A DNA stretch of 64,000 nt. Origin: Octopus bimaculoides. Lineage: Eukaryota. The position numbers and the translations under genes were made by a program. The notes below the pieces were generated by a model. That model had not been told where the DNA came from and made no database searches. It worked only from the letters and a program-made list of their open reading frames with translations. This document shows, piece after piece, positions 51,145 to 64,000 of the stretch. Numbering within the stretch: the stretch's first letter is position 1; every line of letters begins with the position of its first letter. The DNA is taken from positions 57,476,642 through 57,540,641 of the forward strand of contig NC_068984.1 in the NCBI RefSeq assembly GCF_001194135.2. The letters are read 5' to 3'.

Positions 51145-51863
51145 ATCTAGTATGTATAAATCACAGCATGTGTGTGTATAATGACTAACTCATACATTTC
51201 CACAATTCTCAACCGATTTTCACCAAACTTTAGACACATTACTTATGTCCCAAGGATGATCATGCACTATAACATTTTGCCCAGAGCTTCCACATAAATG
51301 GACATAGTCTTTTGTGTGTAGGGTCTTCCATACTTTTTTTAATCCTTTTAAAAAAGTGAAAGGATTTTGTCTATTTATTTATTTCTTCTGTCCGCCAGCA
51401 ACTGTGATTAAATTAACTAGGAACATCATCATCATCATCATCATCATCGTTTAACGTCCGCTTTCCATGCTAGCATGGGTTGGACGATTTGACTGAGGAC
51501 TGGTGAAACCGGATGGCAACACCAGGCTCCAGTCTGATTTGGCAGAGTTTCTACAGCTGGATGCCCTTCCTAACGCCAACCACTCAGAGAGTGTAGTGGG
51601 TGCTTTTACGTGTCACCCGCACGAACACTGAACGCATACATTTCCACAATTCTTAACCAATTTTCACTAAACTATACACACTATGTCCCAAGGATGGTCA
51701 TGCACTATAACATTTTGCCCAGAGCTCCTGCATAAATGGACATAGTATTTTTGTAGGTAGGTTCTTCCATACTTTTTTAATCTTTTTATAGGAGTTAAAG
51801 GATTTTGTCTATTTATTTATTATGACTGTCCACCTGTAACATTTATTAAATTGACTAGGAACA
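51145..51863 (+). repeat. Helitron-like element with two ~235-bp tandem core units separated by an RTE tail insertion
   Basis: Units at ~51190-51425 and ~51634-51863 (catacatttccacaattct.aacc.attttcac.aaact...ctaggaaca). Confidence 0.65.
51424..51625 (-). mobile_element. RTE-type tail copy
   Basis: (CAT)8-cgtttaacgtccgctttccatgctagc...; reverse complement of the 3870-4036 tail. Confidence 0.85.
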
Positions 51864-52702
51864 CTGCACGTGATGAATATCCAATACCAAACAATCTTAA
51901 CCTCCATATTTAAACTGCATTAAACTTTGACAAGCTTACCTTTACCTATTCTCAGTTACTTGAAAGATGATGTTCCCAGGCCTCTCTTCTATTTGTTGAT
52001 ACTTTTGTTTACCTACCAATGTGTTGTTTCACTTTAAGGATGCTTATTTACCCATCCATTATGATATTTTGTCTGTTGTCCATTGTTTCAAATGTCTTAG
52101 CATTGTACTTCTAGTCTTTTTTAAACAATCACATATGATTCATTCCATAGAACCAACATTTAAATAAAAGTTTGGGGCGGAGTTATGATGTAAGCACATG
52201 TTAAAACCCCTCATAACTTTTTTATTTTTACAAATGTCTTTCAATTTTGTTTTCTGCATAATGGAATTAATACGATTATGCAACAAAAAAAAAAGAAATT
52301 TTTTTTTAATAAAACTTTTTTTTTTAATTTATGGTTTTAAAATACAGATAGTCTGAATCTACCATTCATTTCTCTTTATAATCTTCAAATAATTTTTTTA
52401 ATACTTTTATGAAAAAAAGTCAAGTGATAGTCTTCACATTTTTTCACATTATCTTGGACTTTATATGTGAAATGCCAGTGACATGCATGTCCAACAACAA
52501 TATTAGCAGACAGACAGCTATACAGTGGTACCATGTATAGTCCAAGTAGACAAAGCCTTCTCTTTAAGAAGAAAAATGAAGTCAGAAGGGTGGTGAAGAA
52601 GTTTTGGATACTTGTGACCATCGTAACTGATGGTGTGCTAGTTTTTTTTATGTGTATATGTGCATGTATAAAGATATAAGCAAAACAATACATATACACC
52701 AA

Positions 52703-52741
<39 letters not shown>

Positions 52742-54075
52742 CTAACCACCTACACTTTTTTCAGCAAAAATAGGGGTAGTTTATCCTGTTTAGGCTATAT
52801 TATTAGCATTATCCTGCGTTTGAGAATTTAAAATCACTTCTTTAACTTTCTAAGACATCTCAACGCTTCTAAAAGCAAACTGCGTTTGTTTGTTTACGTT
52901 TATCGTAATTTGAATTTAACATATATATATATATATATATACATATGTATACAACAAAGCCTAATGGTCACTGTTACCTGACTGGCTCCTCTGCTGGTGG
53001 CATGTAAAAAATGTTTATGTGGTTGTTTCTGACAAGAAATTTCGCTTTCATGTAAAACAAGTCATTATTCATAATATACTCCCAAAACACTTCAATAGCT
53101 CTACTTTGCATTACTTGCAAACTTATATGTTCTATAATCATTAAAGTGCAATGACATCCACAATAACCTCCCTTCAATTTGATTTTCCATTCCTAGGTTA
53201 ATCAGAAACATAGATTGCCATGCTACTCATAAACCTTCATGGTAGTTCAATTATTTGGTGAAAAAAATACCACCAAAGCAACTTAAACCATCCAAAGGAT
53301 GGGTGCATTTGCTAGTTCTAAATAAGAATTGATATAGAGGTAGATGATTCTTTAATGCTGCCATAGTGCTGTTGACACAAAAAATTCATTCAATCCTCAA
53401 TTTAAAAATAATTGATGGGAAAGGACATTAACTATAAAAAGAAGTGTGCAAAATCCCCCAAAATTGCTGGTTATTACTGTTACTGTGTGCCATATGCTTA
53501 AAGACTTAAAAAAGTAACAAAGCTCCATGAGACCCATCCAACCTAAATCCATGTCAGTATGGGTAAACAGAAATAAAATGGTGGGGTGATACTGATGAAG
53601 ATAATGATACATTTGTGAAGTGGTACTTAATATGTTAAATTGTTCTGTATCCATTTATCAACTCATAGTAATACTTCTAATGGTAGTTTTTCTACACAAA
53701 TTTACAACTTGGTAATGTCCAGCATCCTGCTAAGTGAATCAGTTCTGATGGGATACAAATTCACAGCTCATGAATAAGTGACATAACCTATCAAGTAGGT
53801 GCAATGAGATATCACGCAAACTGACAGAAAAGAAGAATTTCATATATTATAGAAATACAGGAACAGTTAAATTACCCCCATAATTCTTTCAAATACCCAA
53901 AATACTCACTAAAAGTAGTAAATAGCTAACAACCTAGGTGACCTAATCAATAGTGGAAGTGGGTTAGGCTAGAAAACTTTAGGGAGCTATTATCTTTGTT
54001 GGCAAAAAGAGGTTTGTCTCTAAGAATGAAGGGAAATAAAGTAAACCATAGTTAAAAGTTATGAATAGTTTCTTA

Positions 54076-54171
<96 letters not shown>

Positions 54172-54360
54172 CTAAAACAAATATAAAATAAATGCTTAAT
54201 GATGATAAATGTGTTACTAAACAAATCCTTTTTCCTTAGACTTAAAAAGTGTGTGCACATGCATGTGCTTTAAACATTTATCTACCATGATTGAAATGTT
54301 AAAACCAACTAGATTATCAAATTAACAAAATTGTATAAGAAAATAACAGATAATGTATAA

Positions 54361-55660
54361 TACACTGAACCACAAAAGAAATGTGTGTGTGACTGTGAAA
54401 TATGTTTTAATTTCATTATGTCAAAGATAAATTTTGATAAAGTCAATTTCTTGGATACACTTTGACCACAGTCTATGTGTCGTCATGTGTTCCGGTAGTG
54501 GGCAGATCCAGCACATCAAGATTGTAGTGTGCAACACGTTCAATACCATGGATGCCCTCCCAAGGTGTTCAAAACGGCCATACACTGTCAGTACATGTGG
54601 TTCACAAAAGCCATTGGCACCTGTGCCCATACCCTGAGGAAAGTTGCCTCCAGTTCCACATGAGCTGTCAGCCTCAGGACCACCTGGTTCAGCCGTTTCT
54701 GGATTTCATCCCACAGGTGTTCAATTGGGTTCAAATCCAGGCTAAGAGTCAGGCACAGCATGGATCTGATGTTGTGCTGACACAGAAAGTCCATGGTGAC
54801 CCTGGTTGTGTGGGATGGAGCATTGTCCTGCTAGAACACATGGCTATGGTGACACATGAAGAAGGGCACGATGTGAGGTTTTAGGATTTGGTCAATGTAG
54901 CGCTGCACTGTGATGCCATTCCCTCTGCCTGCACCAACATTTTAGAACACATGGGACCCAATTCTCTGATTCAGACCTACAGCACCCACAAACCATGATG
55001 CTTTGGCCCCTTGCATCTCTCTCTCCATGACACATGCATCTTTGTAGAAGTCACCCCCTCCTATGCCACACCCTCACTGCCATCCGAGGTGGAAACACAG
55101 TACCAGCTCTCATCAGAGAAGACTATTGACCTCCATTGTTGATGCCGGCAATGTCAGTGCTGTGTAGCCTACTGTAGTTGTATCTGTTGGTGGCAGGCAG
55201 TGAGGACAGGCCCTCAAGCAGGATGATGGCAATGCAGGTTGTTGGTGGCTAGTCAACGTTGTACTGTAACATCGCTGATGGGTTGCTGTCCAGTGCCAAC
55301 GGTTTCATGAGCTGTCATGCTGGCCGGTCTGAAGTGATCACAGAGGTGTTGCAGGTGGATGAAGCAGTCCTGCCTGAACATGGTCACCCAGGGGTGCCCT
55401 CTGCGAGCACACTCTGCAGTGCTGTTGATGTTGTTGTATCGCTGTTGCAGGCAATAGATGGTGCTGACATAAACAATGTAAGCTTTCGCAACAACCAGGG
55501 CACACTACCCTACTTGCAATCGGCTGATTGCTTGTTCTCTCTGTACTGCTGACAATTGGATCATACCTGATGCATCCAAATTACGAATTTCTTGCTGAAC
55601 AACCTATACAGGCAGTTTGTTTATAACAATCAACTGTTTGTGGTATACATTAGCTCACTC
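54361..55660 (-). mobile_element. Decayed Tc1 transposon (transposase pseudogene)
   Basis: Minus strand reads ...WRSIVFSDES... and ...SLDLNPIEHLWDEIQKRL (SPDLNPIE motif), with multiple stops and frameshifts; TA-CACTG terminus at 54361; other terminus uncertain. Confidence 0.85.
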
Positions 55661-55914
55661 CCTCCATTAAATTGACATTGTCTGTACAGGAGCATGGTGT
55701 ACCACACATCAGATGTCAAAATGATCTCAGAGCAATGTGAGATGAAGTGTTTTGCTCAAGAACACAATGCACCACGCAATCCAGGAATCAAAACCATGAT
55801 CTCACAATCATGAGTAAAACACCCTAACTACTAGGCCGTATATATTGCTTTAATTAAAAAAAATTAATGTTGATTTCAAAAAGTTTCAGAAAAGGAATAA
55901 TTGGTTTTCAATTA

Positions 55915-56151
<237 letters not shown>

Positions 56152-57723
56152 TTAAGAAATTAAGCAACATATAAACTGCTTGATAGCAGCCACTTATTGT
56201 AAAAATAGTAGAAAATACTGGGAAAAGCAAACTTGATCTCTTTTTCTGTTTTTTTTTTACATAGTAGTTAAGAGTAAGATGAAACAGTTGAAGAAAACGA
56301 ACACATTTTAATTGAATTTCTAGTTCAAATTAAACTTGGTTAAAGTAATTTATAGTAAGGAGTTATTTTACTTCAATGTTTTTATGAATGTGACAAGTTA
56401 AACATATCATAAGTAATATGATTATCGAGTCCATAAATCATTTATTCTATTGTGTGACTGCAAATTGTTTTGCTTAACATCTAGCTTTCAAATTTGGGTT
56501 GACATGTCAAATATACACTCTAGCCTTTACTTTTTTTTTGTTAAATTCCCATAGATTTCTGTTTTTTTGACAACGCAGATTCTGGTTTTGCCAAAAAGCT
56601 GTTTTCAGAATTCCAATTTACCCTCCAAAAGTTTTGTTTTTAATATGATACAATTTTTTTTTTAATTCCACATAAAATATGATTTTGAAAATAAAATTTT
56701 TTTTCCCCATGTCAATTTTAAAAAATTATGCCCCATCCCACTCTCCTAGCTTTTGGAATACCCACATCCATCCAGATGTTTTTAAATGTGCCTATTCTAT
56801 TGCACATGCATGGATGTCTACTGAAACAGCATACAACATTTAGGAGGCATTAATGTGGTTACTTGACATGGTGCAAATTACAGCAAAATCTTTCAAATAT
56901 TACACATCTACCTTCTCTTTTTTCTTTCCTTCTTTTTTTTTAAAAAAAATATAATTCTTTCAGCTTCCTATATTCCCAACAACAGCGATTCAGATTTTGG
57001 CCTCCAGCTTCAAAAAGTGCAGCATTCTAAAATTTTAGTTTAACCTCCCAGAATTTGTTTTTGACTTCTTTTTCAAAATTTTTTTGAGAATTCCTATTGA
57101 AAAATACAAGTATTACAACTAAACCCTAATCCTATACCCTAACCTTAAACATTAACACTAAATCCTAACTCCTAAATTTTAAAATTGTCTGTTTCCTTTC
57201 ATTTCATAGACATAAGAGATGTGTGGTTAAAGGGAGGTTTGGCTGTTATTTCTAGCATATTGAGCAACGACATTGAGGATTCCCTCATGTCATGTGCTGC
57301 TTATCTTTCAGAAGTCATCTACATAGGCACAAATGAATGGACAAGTTTCAAAATGTCTGGAATGTTGATGTTGAGCAGATTTGGATATTCTGAAAGCCAG
57401 GAAGAGGCAGGGGAAATTTTTTTTAATTAGCTTTAAAAAACTTCTTTTTGAATTGAAATCATTGCATTATTAAATGTGACAGAAAAAATATTTTTTCAAA
57501 ACAAGGACAAAAAAATCAAGAGGATTGGGGTGAGGGGTCAGACTGAAATTGATTTACTGGACAAAATTATAACCTTTATAGGAGTCCATAGAAATTTTTT
57601 TCTTTTTTTAAGGAAGTGGAGTGCTTATTTGACATGTCCACCCAAATTTGGTCCTTAATATTAATACAAATCAATAAAACTGGCATGAGACAAGGATTAC
57701 AGAAATTACCAAAATAAACATAC

Positions 57724-57804
57724 TGGATCACCTTCTACCAAAGCAATATCATTAACAATTGTTCCATGCACAACATCTTCCCATGGAGTTTGATTGAGTT
57801 TTAA
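57724..57804 (-). CDS. EARS2: EARS2 exon
   Basis: tatatag|TTA...CCA|gtatgt; 81 nt; LKLNQTPWEDVVHGTIVNDIALVEGDP. Confidence 0.9.
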
Positions 57805-58074
57805 CTATATAAAATGAAAATATAAACATGAGGAACACAAAATTCTCACAACAGAAAAGATACACAAAATTAAATAGTCAACTAGTTAAGCCCCCACTAC
57901 CTTGCAATCAACATTCAGCCATCTCCTTCTATTCATTGTAGTATGCTGCTATTTAAAGTTGGTAATCGCTCTCCTTCCACCACTCTCTCACATACTCTTT
58001 CCCCCCTGCACCCACCCATCCTGTCTCTTCTGTCATCAATCTCTGCCAATCAACTTCTCAGTATATGCCTAGAG

Positions 58075-58349
58075 CAATGTTTCCCAACCTATTTTCTCCT
58101 GGCACCCACTATAACTTTCCAGAAAAATGTATGCCCCACTGGTGGTTGGGAAAAAAATAACATTTTTAATATTTTATAATTATTTAATAGAAAAGAATCT
58201 ACTGGTAACTTTTTTTTATTAAGTACTGAGTACAAAAGAAGGATATTGACAAAAAAAAAGTGAATCATTTTAATGAAAACACTGCGCCTGGAAACTATGG
58301 CACCATGCCCCACCACAATTTCCCCAGGCCCCCACATTGGGAATTACTG
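58075..58349. mobile_element. hAT MITE with 8-bp TSD
   Basis: TIRs CAATGTTTCCCAA / TTGGGAATTACTG; flanks GCCTAGAG / GGCTAGAG (7/8). Confidence 0.75.
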
Positions 58350-59458
58350 GGCTAGAGTGAATGTGCACTACATACAGCAGTGAGGACTTTCAAGTTTAGA
58401 CAGTACAAAGCAACCTCACTAGTGTTGGTCCCATAATAAAATACACTTTGTAAAGTGGTTGGTGATATGGATATTCATTGGTAGAAAACCAGCCAAAAGT
58501 AACTCAATGCAAGCATGATGTGATCTTCTAATCAATTTAGGAAAACAGTAATTCTAAAGAAGAACTAAGTTGGATCATAACTACTCATCCAACCCATGCT
58601 AGCATGAAAAGTGGGCACATGTTGGATAATGATGATTGTTTACAATAGATTTTTTAAAACGGATTTTTGATTTGGAAAAATAAAACAAAATTGAATAATC
58701 TTGTCCCATCATTCTATGACTTAATAGTGCTTCTAATTAAATTTTATGAAAAATTATAAAAGCTGAACCGATTGATGAAAATATAACAACTTTAAATTAA
58801 ACTGTTTAAGGCCATCACTTAAGCTTTATTTAATTTATAATGATAAATGATGTTCTGATGGAAGACACCCAGAAAGTTCCATACAACAACCAAATATCAG
58901 TAGAATTAAATAAACAAAGAAGAACCATATGGCATATAAGATGCACTTTTTAACAAAAATAATGTCTAAAAAAAAAAAAAATCACTCTAAGTCCTATATG
59001 TGAAATTAAACCTATATTGCATGCTTTAACCATTTTGCATTCAGATTACTTTGTCAAATATGATGCTTTTTTTATTCACATTGTTTTGAGTTAATCATGC
59101 CTTAGCTCATAGTTTCAAGATTTTGATGATCTTAGTTTAGTCTTAGAATGATATTGGAGGGTAGATGTGAAAGGCCAGCTTTGGCCAGTTTGAACATATT
59201 TGAGCTAGATATGGCCAGTTTAAATGCTAAAAGTTAATGCACTAAAAACTTTCTTTTCTAAATAAACACTGCTGAAAATGGGGTGCATCTCTTATGCCAT
59301 ATACCATCAAATATGGTAATTACAGATTAACATATCCAACAAATAAACAAGCTTTAACTGTACATAGATATATAAAAATAGTTTCAAAATTAACAGAATT
59401 ACATAAGAAATTTTCAAGGTACATTTTTTAATATCTGTATGTAATAACTTTTACTCAC

Positions 59459-59629
59459 TTTGAAACGTATGACATATGGAATATTATCTTTCATTTTAGC
59501 ATCAATTTCTTTCTGTGTTAAGTGTCGGCATTTGTTATCATACTTTGGAGTTTCTCCTCTGCTCAGGGCTGCTCTTCTTAGCAGTTCTATTCGCTTATTT
59601 GAACAAAAGCATCGATAAGCACTTCCATT
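59459..59629 (-). CDS. EARS2: EARS2 exon (Zn-binding/acceptor-binding insertion)
   Basis: ttttatag|AAT...AAA|gtgagt; 171 nt; NGSAYRCFCSNKRIELLRRAALSRGETPKYDNKCRHLTQKEIDAKMKDNIPYVIRFK (AYxCFC...YDxxCxH). Confidence 0.94.
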
Positions 59630-59722
59630 CTATAAAAATACAGATTTTTTTCTTTTTAAACTGAGTAATTTTATACATACACATACATAATGTGTATATA
59701 TGTATGTGTATACAACATGCAA

Positions 59723-59797
<75 letters not shown>

Positions 59798-60451
59798 GCC
59801 TGGTATAAATGCCCTGGTAGTCAGGCTATACCCAACACAACCAATCAGTGTGTGACAAAGTGCAGATCATGAATCAAGACCAGACTGAAGTTTAAACCTA
59901 TAAGCTGCTATAAAGCATTTGATATGAAACTTCCAGGCCATCAGTTGTTCCCACAGAACTTATTGGAGCTACTGAACAACAAGATGGATCTCCAGCTCTC
60001 AATGATGAGGGATGAGGATTCAGTGGTTCAATCAACTGACATATGTGCTCATTGAATTAATGTGTTAAGCACTCCACAGATACATGTATTCTTATTGTAA
60101 TTCTCAAACACAGTCAGTGTGACGGTATGCAATAAGGTTATACCTTTGAATTACAGGTTATAATCCATCCATGGCTACAGAAAATAATACTTATCCAAGA
60201 TGCCACACAGTAGAATCAAAGCTAGAATTCATAGTTGTTAAGTAAACTTCTTAACCATATAGTGCCTACATTGAACAACACCACAAAACTAAGTTCAATT
60301 TTGTTTCTTTATGATTTATTTAAGCATATAGAGGATTTTCATTTAAAAGCAATATTTTATTTTCAGATTTTTATCACACAGCTTTTACACTCTTTTTTTG
60401 CACGTTTTGAAAACAGAATTGAATCATTGAATTATAAATAAAAAACTTTAC

Positions 60452-60499
60452 CTCCAAGAGAATTTGTATCTTTTCCCGGTAAATATGACATCTTTCAGA
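60452..60499 (-). CDS. EARS2: Mitochondrial glutamyl-tRNA synthetase, most 5' exon found
   Basis: tttgcag|TCT...GAG|gtaaag; 48 nt; SERCHIYREKIQILLE (follows the PYxQ of GluRS). Confidence 0.8.
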
Positions 60500-60997
60500 C
60501 TGCAAATATAATAAACAAAATCTAAAATTTTTAAAAACATCCATTGATTTTTTGTTTATCATTATCATTAGTGGAGCAACTTTGAAAATAAGGATAGATG
60601 TATTGTTGAAGCAAATGGATTCCTTGTTTGCCACAACTCCTGCTTTCTATTTTCAGCTTAGTATATTTCTACTCAGTCAACATTTATGTGCTTCAATAAC
60701 ACATATATAAAAAAAAGGCACATAGGCACATAAGCGAGAGAGGACACTTTGCTGGGAACAAAGCAACTTCTCTAATGCTGGTGCCATGAGAAAATGCATT
60801 CAGTACTCTGTGTAAAATGGCTGGCAATAGAACGTCCAGCAGTAAAAATCATACCGAATATGGAATATATGAATGAGACATGATCCTTGATCCAAAAGTA
60901 ACTCTGAATAAGAACTAACTCAAACTGTGACAACCCATCCAACCACTTATAGCAAGGAAAAGTGAACTTACAATGATGATGATGATGAACATTAAAA

Positions 60998-61378
60998 CTA
61001 GCGACGGCAGGCGAGAAAAAAAATCTTGCAGAGAAGTGGAGCATCTGTTGACTCTCTGCTCAGATTTCGCAAATGCCGCAGAAATTCTGTGGGGGTCCTG
61101 TCACCGAGCTGCTCGTCTGCCATCAGCTCATTGAATCGGCTGGCGGCAGACCTGGTGGTCCGGTGTAGGATCTCGTTCTTCACCTCGTCATATGTGGCGT
61201 CGTCTTTGGGAGATGTAATTAGGTCTCTAGCCGCTTTTGCAAGCGATGGAGGCAGATTGCAATAAAGCAACTTTAATCTCTTGGACGGCGAGATGTCGTA
61301 GATCTGGAAATAGGCCTCCAATTGAGCGAAATAGACATCAGTATCACCGATGAATGTGGGTAAACCATGCGACATGTC
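60998..61378 (-). mobile_element. Ty3/Gypsy gag N-terminal fragment (truncated, frameshifted at 3' end)
   Basis: MSHGLPTFIGDTDVYFAQLEAYF...YDEVKNEILHRT...LMADEQLGDRTPTEFLRHLRNL matches the 'FAQxEaxF...YxxLKxxIxxR...LGDRxPSxxLRxM' Gypsy gag pattern; no LTR or pol seen. Confidence 0.8.
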
Positions 61379-61647
61379 TACTGGGATGACTCCGTCAAGG
61401 TAGGAAAAGGGAATGGAGAGAAACAATGAAAAACGAAGTCATATGAAATATACAAGAGGCCAAAGAGAAAATTCACCGCTAAAAGAAGACACAATATTTT
61501 TCGTGTTCTTGTTTTGTGTTTTTGTAAGTTACAGTGTGCACAAAAGAGACAGAAAAGAAAATAAAGCTGTACAAAAAATTTTGTTTTGTTTGTGTTTTTT
61601 TTTTCTTCGCGAGGGTTGTTTCTTTGTACTGTCTGTAGAAAAAAAAA

Positions 61648-61820
61648 TATTGGGCATAACTACAGGGTTTTACCCACCAGATTTTGGGAGGTCATAACTT
61701 TCAGAAAAATGAATATTTTTTAATGAAATTTTCTATGCATATAGTAGGGTAAAACCCTGTAGTTATGCCAAATAGACCTCCCAAAGTCTGGGGGGTAAAA
61801 CCCTGTAGTTATGCCAAATA
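61648..61820. mobile_element. MITE with 46-bp TIRs and an extra internal sub-TIR copy
   Basis: 61648-61693 vs 61775-61820 inverted (43/46); additional 28-bp direct copy at 61747-61774. Confidence 0.75.
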
Positions 61821-61912
61821 GGCATTGTTGACCAACCTTACATCGTTGCTGCAAGGAAAAAAAAACAATACAGGCAAAAAAAATGTTATTATTTTTTTTG
61901 TTATATATATGT

Positions 61913-62562
61913 NNNNNNNNNNNNNNNNNNNNNNNNNNNNNNNNNNNNNNNNNNNNNNNNNNNNNNNNNNNNNNNNNNNNNNNNNNNNNNNNNNNNNNNN
62001 NNNNNNNNNNNNNNNNNNNNNNNNNNNNNNNNNNNNNNNNNNNNNNNNNNNNNNNNNNNNNNNNNNNNNNNNNNNNNNNNNNNNNNNNNNNNNNNNNNNN
62101 NNNNNNNNNNNNNNNNNNNNNNNNNNNNNNNNNNNNNNNNNNNNNNNNNNNNNNNNNNNNNNNNNNNNNNNNNNNNNNNNNNNNNNNNNNNNNNNNNNNN
62201 NNNNNNNNNNNNNNNNNNNNNNNNNNNNNNNNNNNNNNNNNNNNNNNNNNNNNNNNNNNNNNNNNNNNNNNNNNNNNNNNNNNNNNNNNNNNNNNNNNNN
62301 NNNNNNNNNNNNNNNNNNNNNNNNNNNNNNNNNNNNNNNNNNNNNNNNNNNNNNNNNNNNNNNNNNNNNNNNNNNNNNNNNNNNNNNNNNNNNNNNNNNN
62401 NNNNNNNNNNNNNNNNNNNNNNNNNNNNNNNNNNNNNNNNNNNNNNNNNNNNNNNNNNNNNNNNNNNNNNNNNNNNNNNNNNNNNNNNNNNNNNNNNNNN
62501 NNNNNNNNNNNNNNNNNNNNNNNNNNNNNNNNNNNNNNNNNNNNNNNNNNNNNNNNNNNNNN
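61913..62562. other. Assembly gap
   Basis: N run. Confidence 0.99.
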
Positions 62563-64000
62563 TAGGGTTAACAGTCTAGTTAGGGTTAGGGGATTAATAC
62601 GATATACACTGTTACAGCGCTAACTGTTTTCAACTGAATAGACGTCAGTGATTAGTAGAAATTATCGAAATAAGACAATTTTTTACATGAAATAAATTCG
62701 AATACAAAAATTTTTTTCTGTTCTATAACACAAAATAGATAAGTATACGAAGTTTCAAAGTCTTTCGGTACCAAAAACACTACATAAAACATAAATGAAA
62801 ACTGGTGCCCCCGTTTTGAAATAGATCCCAATAATTTATTCCTGGTTGGTGTAGAGCCGTTTCATTCCGGGGTGAAACCGGCATGCCGCTATAATACCAA
62901 AGGAAGCTTCGACCACATGTCGGTGGAGAGCTGAGAGATACGTGTTGACACGACGCCTGCTGGATGAATAAGAGAAGGAACGCTATAGCTTTTTTCTCCA
63001 CCTGTTGCATTGTGCATGCGTGCTCGGGTACTACCGCTGGCGGCAAATCCCTTGCACATGAGCAATGGCACTTCCCAAGATGGCGGCCACACGCGCCACT
63101 ACAAACTATAAGCTTTGGGATTACCATAGCAATATAACTTTTTAACGATATATTTTTCACAAAACTTATCTTGAATTTCAGTGGAATGACCCAGGGTTGA
63201 TGTTTTCAGCCACCATGTATCTTTCTGAGCATTAGTCAGTTAGTTCCCATATCAGCACCCAGGTTTGTATATGTATATTTTATGCGTATTAATATCGATG
63301 TAACTTTTATTATATAGCTAACAAGATTATGAAACAGCTGTAAACGAATGGAATAAAAATCTACCCTCTCACTCACTCACTCTCTCTATATATATATATA
63401 TTTAGATAATATAGATATAAAAATAATTATGAACCTGGAACCCAGACCATGGAACTGGATGTGTGATGCGCACGTCATCGTGCATATTTTCGTTGATAAA
63501 TAATGACGATGAAGCGAAGGAATAGATAGTAAGGGAAGTAATTCTTTCTAAATATTTAGAAAAGTTGTTTCCCTTGCACCATACACTAATTTATGCATAA
63601 TCTTAGTATTAGATATTGGGTTTAATTAGAGAAATTAATATCTAATTTGTAAACTTCCAATTTATATTAAAGAATAAAACTTCAGTGTTAAAGAGTGAAC
63701 AAATCTTGGATAGAATAAAAGAAAACCTTTTTAAAAATATACTAGTGATAAAAATATGTACATTTAGAATTTATATCTCCTCACAGATCAACAAATGTTG
63801 TTGTGGCTGTCTACAAAAGTTTCCATCATATTTGAAATATGAGGATAAAAGAACGGTAATTGATATAATCAGAGAGGTTATTCATTACTCGTTACTTCAT
63901 AACGATAGAGGCTGAAAACTTGGGTAACGACAATGAGTACTACAGTAGAGTCCGAAAGTAATCAAAGTGACTCTACTGAGACTGCTCATCGTTTTGAGTT

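Noticed and set aside
52385-52702. 105-aa minus-strand ORF
   Set aside because: Low complexity at both ends, no recognisable domain, lies in a fully explained intron.
55259-55552. 97-aa and nearby 110-aa (54552-54884) plus-strand ORFs
   Set aside because: They are antisense to the decayed Tc1 transposase.
62563-62590. True telomere at the gap edge
   Set aside because: Only two to three imperfect TTAGGG units, internal to a gene-bearing scaffold and next to a dispersed repeat.
62780-63160. 126-aa minus-strand ORF as EARS2 exon 1
   Set aside because: No RFAPSPTG/HIGH-like motif or transit-peptide character, and no suitable donor in phase; open because of local GC richness.

Overview
AT-rich, repeat-laden animal genomic DNA. 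The repeat families look like those of an octopus/cephalopod (inference); there are three N-gaps. Two multi-exon genes lie tail-to-tail. (1) On +, the DH-PH-C-terminal part of a Cdc42-GEF of the collybistin/Asef family (ARHGEF9/ARHGEF4/SPATA13-like): 9 GT-AG exons with consistent phases, 1-36406, 431 aa visible, 5' part upstream of the window. (2) On -, mitochondrial glutamyl-tRNA synthetase EARS2: 11 exons, 60499-42251, 413 aa visible, N-terminal exons not located. Introns carry RTE and CR1 LINE 3' ends, tRNA-head SINEs, a decayed Tc1 transposon, piggyBac/hAT/mariner MITEs, Helitron-like elements, a Gypsy gag fragment and an RLE-type LINE fragment. The most notable items are: (a) a 1.64-kb poly(A)-tailed retro-insertion with a 13-bp TSD (11399-13041) that encodes only a Gag/ORF1-like RRM+CCHC protein plus an unrecognised C-terminal domain and no RT/endonuclease; (b) a candidate 40-nt cassette exon (25451-25490) whose inclusion would build a TGA stop across the junction with the last exon and end the GEF in a class-I PDZ-like motif, RKTSI; (c) a ~220-bp near-perfect palindrome in an EARS2 intron. 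All calls come from manual reading and translation; no database searches were run.
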